Assembly (NCBI GenBank): GCA_022813865.1
Contig: JALDZX010000008.1
Location: forward strand, 248,001 to 312,000
DNA from: Xylographa opegraphella
Lineage: Eukaryota
Length of the DNA stretch: 64,000 nt
Reading direction: 5' to 3'
Shown here: positions 61,132 to 64,000 of the stretch, piece after piece
Position numbering within the stretch: position 1 is the first letter of the stretch
Layout of the letters: each line of letters opens with the position of its first letter
The notes under the pieces: generated by a model
What the model saw: the letters and a program-made list of their open reading frames with translations, nothing else
What the model was told of the DNA's origin: nothing
Database searches by the model: none
Program-made: the position numbers and the translations under genes

Positions 61132-62383
61132 AATTATGGCCTACTCCTGCCACTGATTGTCACTACCGAATGAAAACGAGGTTACTTAGATAACAATGCT
61201 GTCTTGGACTCCCAATTCGATGAATGTACAGGATTGGCAGTTGGCAACCTTGCGAAGCTTAGACAAAGATCAGACAATTAAGCTCGAAGAAAAGTCTGAA
61301 TACCTGTGACACTATCCTGTAATCTAAATTCCGTAGAGTTCACCAAACAGATATAATATGTCAAACCTCACGGTCTACTGTTTATTAATGAGGCGAAACG
61401 AGAATTTACAGCACTTCCTTGTTTCGTCCAGCTAAATATTCCTAGTTGCGGAATAACCTTTTTAGTTCTCGAGGAGGAAGCGTCTCGTTTACTTTTCTCA
61501 AGTTTCACAAAGATCGATTAGGAGGGTTTGCAGTTCATGTGTTCACCAGCGTGTGGAAAAGCGAAGAAGCTTTATAGTCCCAAAGCCATTCACGGTTCAT
61601 GATATACAATCTATCACACTTAGATGATCACGATGGGCCACGATCCATTGTCAATATTCATATTTTTCGAAGCCTGCTTGTAAATTCATGGCTCAAACTA
61701 GTATATGCCTCATATCCAGCCCTGAGACTCCTCGTTTGTGGTCACATTCTCCAGTTGACGATACCATCCGAGGACGAGTTTATGTTGCTTGTTGGGATGC
61801 CTTGCACTTGCTGGGAGGCTCGGTATTTGGCACCAGCTTAGTGTTCACTATGGATGAATAGATTCTCCCTTTACGGTCAAACCTCAGACGTTCACCCAAA
61901 GACAGTGTCTGCGCCCATCAATGGATCGAAATAAGAAGGTTATGAATGATCCACATGAGAATAGCGCTCTGGCGACGGCGCCCACTCTGGCTCTGGAGGC
62001 GGATTTAATGAGTGTCAGTGCGGAAACATACGCCGCCTTTCGTCGCCGCCGACGAGGCTACGAGTCCGGGAGTCATAGCGCTGGACACTATCAACCTGAT
62101 ATAGTTGATGGTAACGAATTCTCTAAACGGATAAGCATCATCTTAGAGTATAAAAGAGAAGAAATCCGTCCCTGTAAGGCCTGTAAGGTTGGAACGACAA
62201 GACAGCGCAACCAGGGATGATATCAAAACTACAAGAAAAATCGACAAACAGACACAATAAATGAAGAAGAGTAAGGAATTAGTCATGTGGTATCTAGGAC
62301 ACATGTTAGGGCCCACCAGGTCTCAGCTTTCACAATGTTCTAGCTTTGCGTTCAAGCTCTAGTAAGATTGAACTTGTTGCTCG

Positions 62384-63768
62384 TTAGCTAGCAGTATGCG
62401 GCATAGATGTAGTGTCTTTCTCAGCCCCTTTTGCCCTCTTCACACGGAAGACCTGCTTCAGCTTCCTTATTTTAGCCCATCGTTCTTGGTCGTGAGCGTC
62501 TCGTAAAGACTTATCAAGATGTGTGTTAGCACTGCTTGGGCTTCCAGTGTTTGTCTGGAGTTCGTTGTCCGAAAAATCGTTCAAGGTATGTCGAGTGTTT
62601 TGAACCACCTTCGCCAAGATTTCCCATCCAGCAAGTCCAGTAGAATCGGGAGAAACCCCTTGTGGAACCACATCACCATTTTGAGATGATACATTTACCC
62701 ATGGACAATAGAGGCGGTGCTCTTCAATCAAATCAAGGTGACTCATAATTGGTTCCTTTACCTCGAATGAGCCATTGGTATTTTCCTTAGGTAAGTATAA
62801 CCACAAGCCAAGTCTACGAAAACATGCATTACATGTAGCTATTTTCAAGTCATGCTCTGTCTCGGCCTGCCAACCAAAGAGCGCTAGCATAAGAGCTTCC
62901 TTATTAAGTATCAGATTGTCTGGTAAATTTGCGGTGCCCAGCGGCTGCTGTAAGAATGAGATGAATTGCTTCGAAAGGTCATCCAAAGGCAAGCTAGCCG
63001 GAGCTCTGACAGAGGTAGGAAGTCGAATCTTCAGTCTCGCGAAAGACTCGTACCGTGTACGTAGAGCTTCGAGAGTTGTTGCTGGGTGAGTTAAGTTCAG
63101 ACGTTGTATAGTGGCTTGAAAGAACATATCGATTAGCATATGAATATTGATCGGTTTCAGAACAACGTACCATCACAGCCTCTTCTTCGCCACAGGCAAC
63201 CCTCGTCATGTGCTGTAATAATCATTGATGCATATTGTTCGACTAGGTCAGTTTGTGCGTTGCTTCTCCAGTCTTCTCCACCAGATGCAACCTCATCATC
63301 GCCATTGCAATCGGCGGGTTCATCCGGCTCCAATATCATGACAAGCTCTCTCCGACACGCCGAGCATGCCACTCTATCTTTACCTACACATATCCATCCC
63401 CTCCGGGCCCATTGAACTTCGTTGACCTTATCAGGCTTGGTCATCCACAAATATGGAGTCCGGAATGTCTCTAGGCGACGGAGAAAGTCTTCACGATCCC
63501 ATGGAGTGAATGGTGGTCGCTTTTTCAAAGGTGTCGTTTGGTCAGAAGAACTCTTTATAGGTTCCGAGGATTCTGTCTGTGTTGTAGAGGTCGCGTACAC
63601 ACTCGCAGGACGTACGATACGGGCCTTTTTAGCTGGGTATTGTGTCAAGGTGGTTGCGGAGCCATTTTCATTTTGAGGCTTTGGGGTTAGTGATGTGGTG
63701 GAGCTATTGGATATTGAGTCAAGTATTCTGTGAAACTTGCGTTTTGTGGTGCTGAGGGCATAAGCCAT
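62384..63768 (-). CDS. C3HC zinc-finger protein of the Rsm1/Pml39/NIPA (ZC3HC1) family
   Basis: Motifs: TTKRKFHRILD, PWDREDFLRRLETFR, WARRGW..CSAC..HDEGCLW, then intron 63170-63115 and LALFGW..CNACFRRLGLW..EEHRLYCPW. These form two C3HC modules. Confidence 0.88.
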
Positions 63769-64000
63769 TTTCAAAAATATATAGAGAAAGTGATGTAGAA
63801 GGTCGTTCTGTTGACATGAGACAAGTGTCGTTCAAAGCTATTCGATGCTTACCTAACACGGGCACATTCACATTGCAAGTCAACAGCGTATCAGCTTCCC
63901 AAAGGCGGTACACCTCCACCAGAACAAATCAGATAAGGTGTGCAGGTTTGAATGCCATATAGGTTTGAATAATACTTTCTACTCTACCCAGAACACTTTC

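Noticed and set aside
61599..62220. ORFs 61599-61841 and 61921-62220
   Set aside because: They are short and have no recognisable homology, so they cannot be supported as genes without expression data.
1..64000. tRNA, rRNA, snoRNA, CRISPR arrays and transposons
   Set aside because: The GTTCGA-like hits lack cloverleaf context, and I saw no spaced direct-repeat arrays, LTRs/TIRs or AT-rich RIP relics. Small ncRNAs could still be missed by eye.

Overview
Eukaryotic, gene-dense, intron-containing DNA from a filamentous ascomycete (Pezizomycotina). The evidence is GT-AG introns mostly of about 48-110 nt with CTRAC/CTAAN branch sites and typical fungal gene families; a finer taxonomic call cannot be made from sequence alone. 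I can support 23 protein-coding loci: a MOCOS-like PLP enzyme, an unknown membrane protein, a YANK/STK32-type kinase, UBC8, an exgD-type GH5 glucanase, ARG4, a GIT1-like permease, ATG12, panB, a disrupted Zn2Cys6 factor, a DPP1-like phosphatase, a vacuolar 14-TM MFS transporter, homogentisate dioxygenase, a carboxylesterase, an SNF2 helicase, an AAA+ ATPase, a Tco89-like protein, phytochrome FphA, sulfite reductase MET10, FMP52, a small probably mitochondrial protein, a DUF2011-like protein and an Rsm1/NIPA-like protein. No tRNA, rRNA, transposon or CRISPR array was recognised. The most striking observations are: (1) UBC8 appears to need a single-nucleotide exon (T at 12672) to encode its conserved sequence, in addition to 8-nt and 3-nt micro-exons; (2) recurrent GC-rich islands in which the + strand flips from C/A-rich to G/T-rich regardless of gene orientation; (3) a Zn2Cys6 gene with both a nonsense codon and a frameshift. 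All gene models were built by eye. CDS coordinates span introns, and no database search or computation was run.
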